Below are positions 18,902-29,196 of a stretch of DNA of 64,000 nucleotides, piece by piece. Position 1 is the stretch's first letter. Each line of letters starts with the position of its first letter. The notes below the pieces were generated by a model that saw only the letters and a program-made list of their open reading frames with translations, made no database searches and had not been told where the DNA came from. Source of the stretch: an uncultured delta proteobacterium. Lineage in GTDB: Bacteria > Myxococcota_A > Polyangia > Polyangiales > Houyiibacteriaceae. A program made the position numbers and the translations under genes. The stretch covers positions 32,001 to 96,000 of the forward strand of contig CAVOVB010000004.1 in the NCBI GenBank assembly GCA_963699755.1, in the 5' to 3' direction.

Positions 18902-20322
18902 GCGGCGAGCCGGCGGACAAGGCTGAGGGGGGCTCCTCCGCTGCTCCCCGAAAGCGACGTGCGCTTCGCGTTCCGATCGTCGACATTCCGCGTGCGAGCG
19001 TGCTCGAAAACCCGGAAGGGCTGGGCACCAATGGTAACGGAGCGGCGCAACACGCTTCGAACGTAGTCGAGCTCGACCCACCAAGTGGCGTCACCTTCGC
19101 GGTGGAGCCAAGCGACGACCGCGAGCCGACCGAACCGTCGTTCACGACCATGGGCGATCCATTCTTCGGCGACCACGATGGATACGACGAAGCGGAAGCG
19201 TCGATGCCGTCGATCGACGTCCATTTCAGCGATCCGCCGATGATCCGGAGCTCCACCGCGCCGCCCGCTCCAGCGCGATACAGCGAGCCTCCCGAAGAGC
19301 TATTCCTCGACGACGACGATGTGCTGTTTCGGAGCGATATCGCGCCACCGCCCGACAAGAGCTCGGACATCTTGATCCCGATTCCCAAGCCCCCACCTCC
19401 GCCAGCTGATTCGAAGGAGTCGGGGCCACCCGTGGTTGAAACGGACGATGACGGACCCTGGCACGAGCACTTCTTCGGGGAGGCGTATCTGCGAACCGTT
19501 CGGACGTCGACGCCCAAGGAAGTCGCGGTCGAGTGCAGTTTCATCGAACGAGCGCTGCGGATGCCGATTGGGTCCCGAATTCTCGATGTGGGCTGCGGTC
19601 TCGGGGTGCAGGCTGTGGAGCTCGCCTCCAGGGGCTATCACCTGGTCGGGCTCGACATCTCGGCCACGATGGTTTCGCGCGCATACGACGAAGCCGAAGA
19701 CCGAGGCCTGCAAATCGACTTCGTGCGAGGTGACATGCGCGAAGTCACCTTCGTCGAACCCTTCGACGCGATGCTCTGCTGGGGAACCACGTTCGGCTAT
19801 TTCAGCGAAGAGGAAAACGAGCTCACGATCCGAAAGTTCCACGAGGCAATTCGACCGAACGGCACGCTATTGCTCGAGGTCGTCAATCGCGACTTCATGA
19901 TCGGTTCCCAGCCAAATCAGGTTTGGTTCGAGGTCGATGGCGCAGTCTGTATGGAAGAGACCGACTTCGATTATGCAAAATCACGACTTCGCGTGAAACG
20001 CCGCGTGGCGAACCACAGCGGTCAACAGCACGATCGCCTCTACTCGATTCGCCTCTACGCGCTCCACGAGATCTCCGCAATGCTCGAGCGGAACGGTTTC
20101 CGGGTCGACGAGGTCAGCGGGCGGGAAGCCACGCTCGGGATCTTCTTCGGGGTCCATTCCCCTAAAATGATCATTCGCGCTGAGCGTTTGCCAGGCTCAC
20201 CCCGGCAACAGAGCAGCATTCCGTCCGCGCCGCCATCGGCGCCGCCGTCCGCGCGGCCGTCCGTGCCCTTGGGGGCGCTGAGACCTTCGCAGTTTCCGCC
20301 GTCCGCCGTTGACGAGGACTAG
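18898..20322 (+). CDS. Class I SAM methyltransferase with long acidic Pro-rich disordered N-terminus
   Basis: ILDVGCGLG, GLDIS, GDMR, FGYFSEEEN. GTG start overlaps the psd stop (GTGA). Confidence 0.85.
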   Translation: MSGEPADKAEGGSSAAPRKRRALRVPIVDIPRASVLENPEGLGTNGNGAAQHASNVVELDPPSGVTFAVEPSDDREPTEPSFTTMGDPFFGDHDGYDEAEASMPSIDVHFSDPPMIRSSTAPPAPARYSEPPEELFLDDDDVLFRSDIAPPPDKSSDILIPIPKPPPPPADSKESGPPVVETDDDGPWHEHFFGEAYLRTVRTSTPKEVAVECSFIERALRMPIGSRILDVGCGLGVQAVELASRGYHLVGLDISATMVSRAYDEAEDRGLQIDFVRGDMREVTFVEPFDAMLCWGTTFGYFSEEENELTIRKFHEAIRPNGTLLLEVVNRDFMIGSQPNQVWFEVDGAVCMEETDFDYAKSRLRVKRRVANHSGQQHDRLYSIRLYALHEISAMLERNGFRVDEVSGREATLGIFFGVHSPKMIIRAERLPGSPRQQSSIPSAPPSAPPSARPSVPLGALRPSQFPPSAVDED

Positions 20323-20365
20323 GCGTTCTCATCGGCGAAAGGGCCGTGGCGAATCGCATGCTGCG

Positions 20366-20968
20366 TCACTCGGGGGCGATGCCGTTGCCGTTGAGGACGT
20401 ACTCCACGCGACAAGGCAGCGAGAGGAACGGGCCACCGAGAGCGGCCACCGCGGGCGTGCAGTCCGAGCCGGTGAGCGGGACGATTTCGGTGGTCTGCGA
20501 TCCGGTGATCGAAACCAGGGTCGGATCGATCTCGGCGTCGGCGCCAGCCCCGTCTCCGACCCCGCCGTCGCCTTCGACCCCAGCATCCTCGTCGATGGTG
20601 ATCTCGGGCGTCTCGACGTCGATGGTGAAGACGTCGCGCTGTGTCACCGAACAGCCGATATAGCCGCGGAAAGGGTCCGCCTCGACGACCATCCAGCTCT
20701 TGCTGGTTTGAAACGTATAAGAACTGTCATTTTCGATGCCAGCGAACATCGAGCCGCCCGATTGCTCCCAGTATGCGCGGCCGTTCGACTCACTCCGGAG
20801 ACTGAAGCTCAGGGTCAGGGAATCGGCAGCCGGAACTGCTGCACCGCAACTCTGTTCGACCATCAGGCCAACAGCCTGGAAGCTGCCCACGAGCTCCCCC
20901 GGCGGTTCTTCCTCCTGGCCCCAGCAAGCAGAGATCAGCACGAGCAAGGTGAGCGAAATCGAGCGCAT
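20366..20968 (-). CDS. Hypothetical lipoprotein
   Basis: Signal with lipobox LISAC, Cys pairs, DAG-rich linker. Confidence 0.75.
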   Translation of the reverse strand: MRSISLTLLVLISACWGQEEEPPGELVGSFQAVGLMVEQSCGAAVPAADSLTLSFSLRSESNGRAYWEQSGGSMFAGIENDSSYTFQTSKSWMVVEADPFRGYIGCSVTQRDVFTIDVETPEITIDEDAGVEGDGGVGDGAGADAEIDPTLVSITGSQTTEIVPLTGSDCTPAVAALGGPFLSLPCRVEYVLNGNGIAPE

Positions 20969-21016
20969 GGCTCAGAGTTACCGCCCACGGGCTCAGAGCG
21001 TCAAAGAAAGTGCCTG

Positions 21017-21838
21017 CTAGAAACGAATCTCGAAGCCGCAGTTGAACGTGACGCGAGTGCTGACCGGCCTGCCCTCTTTGTCGAGCGGTGGCTCCCACTT
21101 GGCGCCTTGCAGGGCTTGTTTGCACGCCTGCCCGAACTTGTAGCCGATCGGGTCTTCGGAGATGAGTGTGATCTTGCTCGGTAAGCCCGTCGGCCCGATC
21201 TGCAGTCGCACGACTGCCGCGCCCTCGACGCCTTCCTGTTTGGCCTTCTTGGGGTAGAGCCTTTCTAGCTTCTGCTTCAAACTAGGCGGAATTGGTTGCC
21301 TCGAGAGATCGCCCACGTCGACGACCACCCCGATGCCGGTGCCTCCGACGATTCCCCCGACGATCCCATCGCGGCTCCTGCCGGTGACGACCGCGTCCGG
21401 CTTTCCGATCGGTCCCTCGCGGCTCTCGCCTGAGCCAGGATCCATCGCCCACGAGGAGGGCTCGTCACCTTCGTTGGTGAGGACGATGTTGTCGAACGCG
21501 ACAGGTGTTTCCGGCGCTGCGGCGGGCGGCTCCTCCGGTGCCTTGGGAGGCTCCTTTGGCGCTCTCCAGGTCTTGGGCTTGGGCGGCGGCTTCACCGGCT
21601 CAGGCTCCGCCGGTTCCTCTGGCTCGGGGGTTTGCTCCTCGAGCGGCTCTTCAGGCTCGGGCTTGGCTGGTTCCTGATCGATGATCGCCACCGCGACGGG
21701 ATCGAGCGGTTCGTCAGCGCCGGGCCCCCGCTGAATGCCGGGTGTCAGGCCCAGAAATACGGCGTGCGTCGCGAATGCCAGTAGGACCCAAGCCGTGTCG
21801 AGCGCCCAGGGGGCGAGGTTCTCGAAAGGGTTGGCCAT
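21017..21838 (-). CDS. tonB: Energy transducer TonB
   Basis: N-terminal TM with conserved His, EP/KP-rich linker, YP..A...GVEG.AVV C-terminal domain. Confidence 0.88.
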   Translation of the reverse strand: MANPFENLAPWALDTAWVLLAFATHAVFLGLTPGIQRGPGADEPLDPVAVAIIDQEPAKPEPEEPLEEQTPEPEEPAEPEPVKPPPKPKTWRAPKEPPKAPEEPPAAAPETPVAFDNIVLTNEGDEPSSWAMDPGSGESREGPIGKPDAVVTGRSRDGIVGGIVGGTGIGVVVDVGDLSRQPIPPSLKQKLERLYPKKAKQEGVEGAAVVRLQIGPTGLPSKITLISEDPIGYKFGQACKQALQGAKWEPPLDKEGRPVSTRVTFNCGFEIRF

Positions 21839-21858
21839 CGGTTCGGCAGCAGCGCCGC

Positions 21859-22278
21859 TCAGCGTCCGATCTCCTCGGGGCGGACGTTGATCGCGAACTT
21901 GGTAACGCGCTCCTGGCGGAGGATGTCGATCACCTCAACGACCTTCGCATGCGCGATTCTGCCGTCTGCAGCGATCACCGCGCGCAGGTCTTCGTCGTTC
22001 TCACGCGCCGCACGAACCCGGGTTCGAAGCTCATCGGCGGTGACCGGGATCGTATCGAGGAAGAGCTGGCCCTTCTGATCGAGCGATACGGCGAGGGTCG
22101 CAGGTGCCTGCTCCCCCGTCGAGGCCTTCGGGAGCTCCATGGGAATCGTCTTCGAAACGATAGCCGTCGCAGTGACCATCAAGATGATCAGCAGAACGAG
22201 CACGACGTCGACCAGGGGGGTGACGTTGATGTCTGTGATCAGGTCATCGTCGTCGCCGGAGCGCGCGCCACCAGCCAT
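21859..22278 (-). CDS. exbD: Biopolymer transporter ExbD/TolR
   Basis: INVTPLVDVVLVLLIILMV; IAAD.....VVEVID. Confidence 0.93.
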   Translation of the reverse strand: MAGGARSGDDDDLITDINVTPLVDVVLVLLIILMVTATAIVSKTIPMELPKASTGEQAPATLAVSLDQKGQLFLDTIPVTADELRTRVRAARENDEDLRAVIAADGRIAHAKVVEVIDILRQERVTKFAINVRPEEIGR

Positions 22279-22279
22279 C

Positions 22280-22924
22280 CTACTCGCTCCCCTTGCGGAC
22301 GTTTCCCTTGAGGTAGGCGAGCAGGTCGCGGCCGAGGGCATCGGCCCAGGTGAGGCGATACCGAATCAAGCGCTGAAAGTAGTTGTAAAAGGCAACCGCG
22401 GGAAGGGCGACGAGGAGGCCGATCGCAGTTGCGACGAGCGCTTCACCAACCTCGGTCATCAGACCACTGGTGACCTTGCCCGCGCTCTCGTCGAGGACGT
22501 GGAACGCCTTGATGACACCGATGACTGTTCCGAGGAGCCCCACGAACGGGGCGTTGTTGCCCACGGTGCCGAGGAAGCCGAGGTTGCGCTCCATTTGTGT
22601 GCGGGCGATCGCTGTCGCGCCGGCGAGTCGTTCTTCGACCGCGGCCGGGCCGTCGGCGACCACCTCGATGCCGGAGTGCACGATCCTGGCCTGAAACGAG
22701 CGCGACTGAGCGAGTCGGTCGCGCGCGCTGGTGACATCGTTCTTCGCCAGGTCGAGACGTAGATCCTCTTGAAGCGCTCGAACGTCATCGCGCGACGTGA
22801 AAAAATAGTAAATGCGCTCGAAAATGATCGCCACGCCGATGATGGAGAGGATAATCAGAAGCCACATGACCCAGGTCGCGCCAAGCATGGCGAAGGCGGT
22901 CAATCTCTCTTGAATGTCGATCAT
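22280..22924 (-). CDS. exbB: MotA/TolQ/ExbB proton channel protein
   Basis: APFVGLLGTVIG, EALVATAIGL.VA.PA. Confidence 0.93.
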   Translation of the reverse strand: MIDIQERLTAFAMLGATWVMWLLIILSIIGVAIIFERIYYFFTSRDDVRALQEDLRLDLAKNDVTSARDRLAQSRSFQARIVHSGIEVVADGPAAVEERLAGATAIARTQMERNLGFLGTVGNNAPFVGLLGTVIGVIKAFHVLDESAGKVTSGLMTEVGEALVATAIGLLVALPAVAFYNYFQRLIRYRLTWADALGRDLLAYLKGNVRKGSE

Positions 22925-22950
22925 ACTTCTCCTAGGCTGGAAGCGCGCTT

Positions 22951-23988
22951 TTAGCCGGTCTTGGCGGGCTGTGCATCCCGCTTGAGAATCTCCCGAACCA
23001 GTATGGTCGCGTACGAGCCGGCAGGTAGGGTGAAATCGAGGTCGACCGTGTTGTCACTCACAGCCAGGTCTAGTTTTCGCACCGGGATGCGGACCAATCG
23101 GCGGGTCCCAGGCGCTACCCGCTTCCATTTGGCCAGCTGATCCAGGGTCAAGCCCGACTCGCGGAGCAGCGCCTCTTCGCGTTCGCGGGCCTCGCCCTCG
23201 GGCCAGCGCATCTTGGCGCCAAAGATCGGCCCGGTGGGGCTGACCTCCCAGGCGTCCGCTCGGGCCTGCGTCTCCCCGGCGTCAGGCGCGACGAACAAGC
23301 CTCCAGACTCGTGTTTCTTCATGAGGTCTCCCGGATAAACCTTTCCAAGCGTCGAGCTTTGCACGCGCTCTGCAACGCAGCGATTGAAGATTTGGGACTG
23401 GAGCGCGGACATCTGGAGCTTTCGTTGAAAACCGGCGCGGGGCGGGCGCCCATCTCCGACGACCCAGCGTCGGGCGCGCTCGGCATTATCGCCGTCACGG
23501 CCAAATCGCTGTTCGCCATAGTAGTTGGGAAGGCCGTGCTCTTCGATCTTCGACAACAGCTGGCGGAGGTCTTCTATTCTGGATGCGTCGATTTGCCGCA
23601 GGCGGATCCTGAACCGATTCGCTCGAAGGTGGCCTGTGCGCAGCTTCTGTGGATGAAGCGCCGCCTCGAGCACCCGGATGCCCTCGACCTCGGCTCGTTC
23701 GAGTGCCTCCCGGGAAGCGCCAAAGATGCTGATCCATTGCCGGGTGACCGCGTGCCGATCTTTGAGGCCCGCCCAGCCTGCCGCCTGGGGGTCCGCGCCC
23801 ACGCTCTCGCACAGGGAGCGAACCGCATCCTGGGTCGTCAAACCGCGCTTCTCGATGAACGCAAAGACGTGGTCGCCTGATCCGCTGGGCGGATAGGCCG
23901 GCACCTCTTCGACCTCGAAGTCTTCCGGGGTCGATCGAAACTCGGCATCGACAGGCGCGATCGAGCTGGTCAAATAGGGGAGCGGCAT
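22951..23988 (-). CDS. truD: tRNA pseudouridine(13) synthase
   Basis: PEDFEVEE, AGLKDRHAVTRQW, N.F.IRLR, PNYYGEQRFG, F.LPAGSYAT. Confidence 0.95.
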   Translation of the reverse strand: MPLPYLTSSIAPVDAEFRSTPEDFEVEEVPAYPPSGSGDHVFAFIEKRGLTTQDAVRSLCESVGADPQAAGWAGLKDRHAVTRQWISIFGASREALERAEVEGIRVLEAALHPQKLRTGHLRANRFRIRLRQIDASRIEDLRQLLSKIEEHGLPNYYGEQRFGRDGDNAERARRWVVGDGRPPRAGFQRKLQMSALQSQIFNRCVAERVQSSTLGKVYPGDLMKKHESGGLFVAPDAGETQARADAWEVSPTGPIFGAKMRWPEGEAREREEALLRESGLTLDQLAKWKRVAPGTRRLVRIPVRKLDLAVSDNTVDLDFTLPAGSYATILVREILKRDAQPAKTG

Positions 23989-24039
23989 GGCAGGGCGCTT
24001 CCTGTAGACCATCGAGGCCCCATTGGGTAGACAACAGGC

Positions 24040-25143
24040 GTGAGCGCCCAGCCTTCGACGCGGATCGAGCGTGCATTGCGACAACAACTCGAGGCGGCAA
24101 TCGTGCGAGGGGTATTTCCGGGTGCGAGCGCCTCGGTTGCGATCTGGGAGGCCGGCGCCTGGACCTACATCGATGCCGCGGCTGGGCGCTGTGCCCCGGG
24201 GGGCAATCCGGTCACGGCGGACACCTTCTACGATCTGGCATCACTCACCAAGCCCTGGGTCGCAACGGCCGCGCTTCGTTTGCATCAGGCGGGCTCGTTC
24301 GATCTCGGCGCAGGTGTCCGGCGATGGATTCCCGAAGCGAAGGGAATGCCGGTCGGCGAGCGGACCTGGGAAGAGGTCTTGAGCCATCGCTCGGGGCTGG
24401 CGGCCTGGGTTCCTTTCTACGAGTCCCTCCCCGAGGAACCCGGCACCGATGCGACACGGGACTGGATTGTGGCGGAGCTTCTTCGCCATTGGGATACGAA
24501 CCGCGTGGGCACCGCGGTCTACAGTGACCTCGGGTACATCTTGGCGGGCATTGCGATGCAGCGCGCCACCGGCAAACCGTTGAGCCAGGTCGTTTCCGAG
24601 CGGGTGGCCCTGCCGCTCGGAGTCGACGAAACCGTCTTCTTCGGCGCAAGCCGACCGGACGAAGATTGGAAAGCGCGCTGCGCACCCACGGGCTGGTCCC
24701 CTTGGAGGGCGCGAATGCTGTGCGGCGAGGTACACGATGATAACTGCGCTGCCCTCGGTGGCGTAGCGGGCCATGCGGGAATGTTTGGCTTGTCGAGGAG
24801 TGTCGCCAGCTTCGGCGCCGCTTGCGTAGCCGCTTCTCACGGGAGGCGAGGCGCCTTGGAAGAAAATCTCATGCGGCATGCGACTGCGGCGAGGGCAGGA
24901 GGCACGCACCGACTCGGCTGGGATGGAAAGGCTCAGGCAGGAAGCGCCTGCGGCAACTTGATGGATGCCGATGCCTTTGGTCACCTGGGCTTCACCGGTA
25001 CCTCGCTATGGTGCGACCCGCGCCGGCAGCTGGTGGTGGTGCTTCTGAGCAATCGCGTCGCCGTGTCGGACGACAACAGCGCGATTCGGGCGTTTCGCCC
25101 TGTCTTTCACGACGCCGTCGTCAGCGCCTTCGACGGCTGCTAA
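24040..25143 (+). CDS. Beta-lactamase-family serine hydrolase
   Basis: DLASLTK (SxxK), YSDLG, GEVHDDN, GHAG.F, GHLGFTGTS. Confidence 0.9.
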   Translation: MSAQPSTRIERALRQQLEAAIVRGVFPGASASVAIWEAGAWTYIDAAAGRCAPGGNPVTADTFYDLASLTKPWVATAALRLHQAGSFDLGAGVRRWIPEAKGMPVGERTWEEVLSHRSGLAAWVPFYESLPEEPGTDATRDWIVAELLRHWDTNRVGTAVYSDLGYILAGIAMQRATGKPLSQVVSERVALPLGVDETVFFGASRPDEDWKARCAPTGWSPWRARMLCGEVHDDNCAALGGVAGHAGMFGLSRSVASFGAACVAASHGRRGALEENLMRHATAARAGGTHRLGWDGKAQAGSACGNLMDADAFGHLGFTGTSLWCDPRRQLVVVLLSNRVAVSDDNSAIRAFRPVFHDAVVSAFDGC

Positions 25144-27338
25144 CCGGCAAGCGAGCGAAGCCGATCGAGTAGCTTCGAGTTGGTCTCGTAGGAGAGGGCG
25201 TTCCGAGAGGCGCGAGCGATCGCCCTCGGGTCGCCCACCAGGACGACGAGTTTCTTTGCTCGCGTCAGCGCCGTGTAGAGCAGAGCGCGATTGAGCAACA
25301 TGAAGTGGGCGTTGTGCAATACGATGACCGCGGCCGGAAACTCGCTTCCCTGCACCTTGTGAACGGTGCAGGCGTAGGCAAGCGAAATCGCATCGAGCTC
25401 ATCGGCCTTGTACTGCACCTCGCGTCCATCAAAGCGCACGTAGGTCACGCCGCCATCGATCCGGCTCACCTCGCCGAGGTCGCCGTTGTAGACCTCCTTC
25501 TCGTAGTCGTTTCGAAGCTGCATCACCTTGTCGGCCGCGCGAAACGACGTTGGCAGGGTGGTCTGCTGCTTGCTCGGATTGAAGGCTTCTTGAAGGACTT
25601 CGTTGAGCCTAATCGTGCCGAGTGGGCCGCGTCGCATCGGGGTCATGACCTGTACGTCGGCGATTGGATCGAAGCCGTACGCAGTTGACATTCGGCGGAG
25701 CGCCTGCAGGAGCCGCTCGGTGATCGTGTCGGGGTCCGTGGCCGAAATCAGGAACAAGTCCCCTTCGCCCTTGGTGCCGCTCGGCGTGGGCTCCGGCATT
25801 CCACCTTCGAGCACAGCATGTGCACCCCGAACGATCGCGCTTTGCTGCGCCTGTCGGAACACCTCGTGCAGTCGAATCGTCTTGCAAACCCTAGAGGCGA
25901 TCAAATCGCGCAGGGGCTGCCCCGGACCGACCGGTGGCAGTTGATCGATGTCGCCAACCAGCACCAGGGTGGCGCTGCGAGGAATCGCGGACAGGAGCTG
26001 CGAAGCCAGCCGGATGTCGAGCATGGAGGCTTCGTCGACGAGAACCAGGTCGGCCTCGAGAGGCAAGCGCTGGTTGCGGCTGAAATGACCGGTCGCTGGA
26101 TTCCATTCGAGAAGGCGATGGATGGTCTTGGCCTCGACGCCGGCCGCCTCAGAGAGCCGTTTGGCTGCTCGTCCGGTGGGCGCGCAAAGAGCGACGCGTC
26201 GGTCGAGCGCCGCATGTGCCTGAACGATCGCGCGCACGGTCGTGGTCTTGCCGGTGCCCGGTCCGCCGGTCAGCACGAGCAAATGAGTGCCTAGTGAAGC
26301 ATCGACGGCGCTTCGTTGCGCATCGCTCAGCGTGCGGTCGTAGGTCTTCGCGGGTTGCTGCAGCATTGGCCGGCTGGCAAACGCGCTCAGGGCCTCAGCC
26401 ACCAGGACCTCGGCCCGGTGCAAGAGCGGCGGGTAAATTGCCTCATCATCGATGACGACGAGCTCGCGCGCCCGCAGCTCGCGCAGGGCTTCGTCGAGCT
26501 TCTCCGCTGGAACACCGAGTTGCTCGAGGCCATCGTGGAGCTGTTCCCGCGTTGCGAACACATGGCCTTCGTCAATCGCTTTGCCGACCAAGTGCAGGAC
26601 GCCTCCCTGGACGCGCCTCAAATCATCGCCTGCGATTCCGAGTGCTTCGGCAATGCGATCGGCGGTTCGGAAACCGATGCCGCGAATCTGCTCGGCGACG
26701 ATGTAGGGATCGTCTCGGACGATGCGAGGCGCATCGGCACCATACTTGCGAACGACTTCACGCGCCGTGGCCGGACCCATTCCGAGCGCATGAAGAAAAC
26801 TCATCGTCTCCGCTTCGACGCGGCGCTGCCGAACGGCATTGGCGATCGACTCGGCGCGCTGCGCACCGATGCCCGAAACCTCGCGGAGTCGGGCCGACTG
26901 GGTTGCGATGACGTCGAGCGTTTCGGGACCAAAACGCTCGACGAGGCGGGCGGCCAACGCGGGGCCAATGCCGGGAATCAGTCCGGAGCCGAGGTAGCGA
27001 ATCATCCCCTGCTCGGTGGAGGGGATCGTCGGCGTGAACGAGGTCACCCGAAATCTCGCCCCGTAGACCGCATGCTCGGTCCATCGGCCAATCATCCGAA
27101 CGTTCTCCCCAGGGGCGATCTGACCCAGGTCCCCGATGGCGGTCTGCGAAGGGGAGAGCTCTCCGCCCTCGTCGACCGCGAGACGAATTACAGCGAACTT
27201 TCCGTCATCACTGCGGAAAATGACATCCTCGACCACGCCTTCGAGGACCTGCTCTGACTCCTTCGACCCCACGATTCCCAAGGAATCTAACAGTCTTGTG
27301 CGCGAAGTGCCTTGCTCTTGTGCGTTCTGCGGAAACAT
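25140..27338 (-). CDS. recD2: ATP-dependent RecD-like helicase RecD2
   Basis: N-terminal OB/HhH region (GIGP, GIGF.TAD), GGPGTGKTT, APTGRAA, DEASM, YA.TVHK.QGSEF, LYTALTRA. Confidence 0.95.
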   Translation of the reverse strand: MFPQNAQEQGTSRTRLLDSLGIVGSKESEQVLEGVVEDVIFRSDDGKFAVIRLAVDEGGELSPSQTAIGDLGQIAPGENVRMIGRWTEHAVYGARFRVTSFTPTIPSTEQGMIRYLGSGLIPGIGPALAARLVERFGPETLDVIATQSARLREVSGIGAQRAESIANAVRQRRVEAETMSFLHALGMGPATAREVVRKYGADAPRIVRDDPYIVAEQIRGIGFRTADRIAEALGIAGDDLRRVQGGVLHLVGKAIDEGHVFATREQLHDGLEQLGVPAEKLDEALRELRARELVVIDDEAIYPPLLHRAEVLVAEALSAFASRPMLQQPAKTYDRTLSDAQRSAVDASLGTHLLVLTGGPGTGKTTTVRAIVQAHAALDRRVALCAPTGRAAKRLSEAAGVEAKTIHRLLEWNPATGHFSRNQRLPLEADLVLVDEASMLDIRLASQLLSAIPRSATLVLVGDIDQLPPVGPGQPLRDLIASRVCKTIRLHEVFRQAQQSAIVRGAHAVLEGGMPEPTPSGTKGEGDLFLISATDPDTITERLLQALRRMSTAYGFDPIADVQVMTPMRRGPLGTIRLNEVLQEAFNPSKQQTTLPTSFRAADKVMQLRNDYEKEVYNGDLGEVSRIDGGVTYVRFDGREVQYKADELDAISLAYACTVHKVQGSEFPAAVIVLHNAHFMLLNRALLYTALTRAKKLVVLVGDPRAIARASRNALSYETNSKLLDRLRSLAG

Positions 27339-27642
27339 CCGCTAGCGTTAAAAGAGCACGGATTTGGATCGGAGGGGGATGAGCACCCAGCCACGGATGA
27401 GCGCACCAATCGGAAGACTGAAGATTCGGCAATCGGCCAGGAAGAGGGCGGCGTCCTCGATCGGCCGTGTCCAGGCTTCGGAGCCCCCCTGCGACGCAGA
27501 GGTGACCGAACAAGGCGGGGCCCGGCAGGACGGTCGCTTGCCGCATTACTACCCGTTCGCGCCGCGCCGCGTCGACGACTGCGACGACTGAGCCGAGCGC
27601 GACTTGATTGCGCAGCAAAGGAGCGATTGGTAAGAGCGCTCG

Positions 27643-29196
27643 ATGCCCCCGACTACGATCGCCATCCTTGGGGCCAAAGGGGGCGTTGGCACTTCCCTCT
27701 TCAGCGCGAACCTAGCGATCTACTTGGCGACGATCGGCAAGCGCGTGCTCGCGGTGGACGCGGACCCATCGGGGGCCGATCTGCATGCGATGCTGGGCAT
27801 TGGACCCCGGGTGGCACCATACGTCGCGCCGACGCCTGCCTTTGGGACCGACCGCACCTTGGCCAGCCTGGCGAGCGCCATCGACCACGATGCGGCCAAC
27901 ACACTCCCGCCTCGCGAGCCGGTCGATGGGCCCATCGAGAGCCTGCGCTTGATGGACGGGGGCTTGAGCGAACCGCATCGGGGCAGCGGACGCCGCAGCT
28001 CGCTCAGAGAGCTCCAAAAGCGCGTCGCCAAACAAGACGCGGATTTCGCGGTGGTCGACCTCGGTTCCGCGGCAACCGATGCGGCGATTCGCTTCTGGTG
28101 CGCCGCGAGCCATCGGCTGGCTTTGACGATGCCCGAGCCTAATGCGGTGAGCGGCCTGTATCGCCTCGTTCGAAAGGCATTCGCGGCGATCGCACTCGAG
28201 CGACTCTCCGACGAGAGACAGCAAGCCGCGCTGCACAGCGCGTTTGCGAGAGCTGGTCAGACGCCGGCCCCCTCGGACATCACGGCCCTGCTGCGGCGCG
28301 AGTGGCCGGAGCTTGGAGACGCCTTGCAGAACTGCATGGCCGAGCTCGAGTTCCCGTTCATCGTGAACGAGGCTCGGCTTCGTGCCGACCTGGAGCTCGG
28401 CGATCAAATCACGGTCGCGGTGCGCCGGCGCTATGGCGTTCAATTGAAATACCTCGGGTACGTAGAGCACGACGACGTGGTTCGAAGCTGTTCGCGAAAG
28501 CGACGGCCACTTTTGCTCGAGAGCCCCGGAAGCAGAGCGAGCCGCAACATCGAAAAGATCGCGCGGCGGCTTTTCGCATCGAAGGAAGCTCGCAGAGATC
28601 GGGCGCCCTGGCGCGAGGTTCCGCCGAGCTCGCATCATGATGTGCTCGAAGTAGAGCGCGGCGCGACCGACGAGGAGATTCGCCGCGCGTACAAGCGGAT
28701 GTGCGCGGTGTTCGATCCCGAGAACCTCGTTACCTTCGGCCTGTTCGACGAGGATGGGCTCGAGGCTGCGCGCAGCCGCATCGATGAGGCCTATGACGTG
28801 CTCCTCGACCCAGCACGGCGCCGTCCGTACGAGATTTCGGTTTTCCCTGAAGCTGCGGAAGCCAAGACCGAGGCGGAGCAGGAACAGGTGCCGAGCGGCG
28901 AGCTGCCTCCCGCACCGAGCATCACGCCGGACACGGAGTTCAGCGGTGCTCTGCTCCGCGCCGTTCGCGAATCACAGGGCACCAGCCTCCAACAGATCAG
29001 CGAGCGAACGAAGGTCGGCACCAACTATCTGCGTTGCATCGAGGAGGACGACTTCGCGAGCTTGCCGGCGGCAGTCTATGTGCGGGGCTTCGTGACCGAA
29101 TTTGCCAAATGTCTCAGGCTCGACCCTGAGCAAGTGAGTCAGAGCTATGTTCGGCGCTACAAGGTACGCATGGAAGGCTGGGAGGCGGACGTATGA
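27643..29196 (+). CDS. MinD/FlhG-like ATPase domain + J-domain-like + RodZ-type HTH fusion
   Basis: GAKGGVGTS, VDAD, VVDLG, PEP; then DVLEVERGATDEEIRRAYKR; then LRAVRE.QG.SL..IS..TK....YL..IE.DDF..LP..VYVRGF. Confidence 0.85.
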   Translation: MPPTTIAILGAKGGVGTSLFSANLAIYLATIGKRVLAVDADPSGADLHAMLGIGPRVAPYVAPTPAFGTDRTLASLASAIDHDAANTLPPREPVDGPIESLRLMDGGLSEPHRGSGRRSSLRELQKRVAKQDADFAVVDLGSAATDAAIRFWCAASHRLALTMPEPNAVSGLYRLVRKAFAAIALERLSDERQQAALHSAFARAGQTPAPSDITALLRREWPELGDALQNCMAELEFPFIVNEARLRADLELGDQITVAVRRRYGVQLKYLGYVEHDDVVRSCSRKRRPLLLESPGSRASRNIEKIARRLFASKEARRDRAPWREVPPSSHHDVLEVERGATDEEIRRAYKRMCAVFDPENLVTFGLFDEDGLEAARSRIDEAYDVLLDPARRRPYEISVFPEAAEAKTEAEQEQVPSGELPPAPSITPDTEFSGALLRAVRESQGTSLQQISERTKVGTNYLRCIEEDDFASLPAAVYVRGFVTEFAKCLRLDPEQVSQSYVRRYKVRMEGWEADV

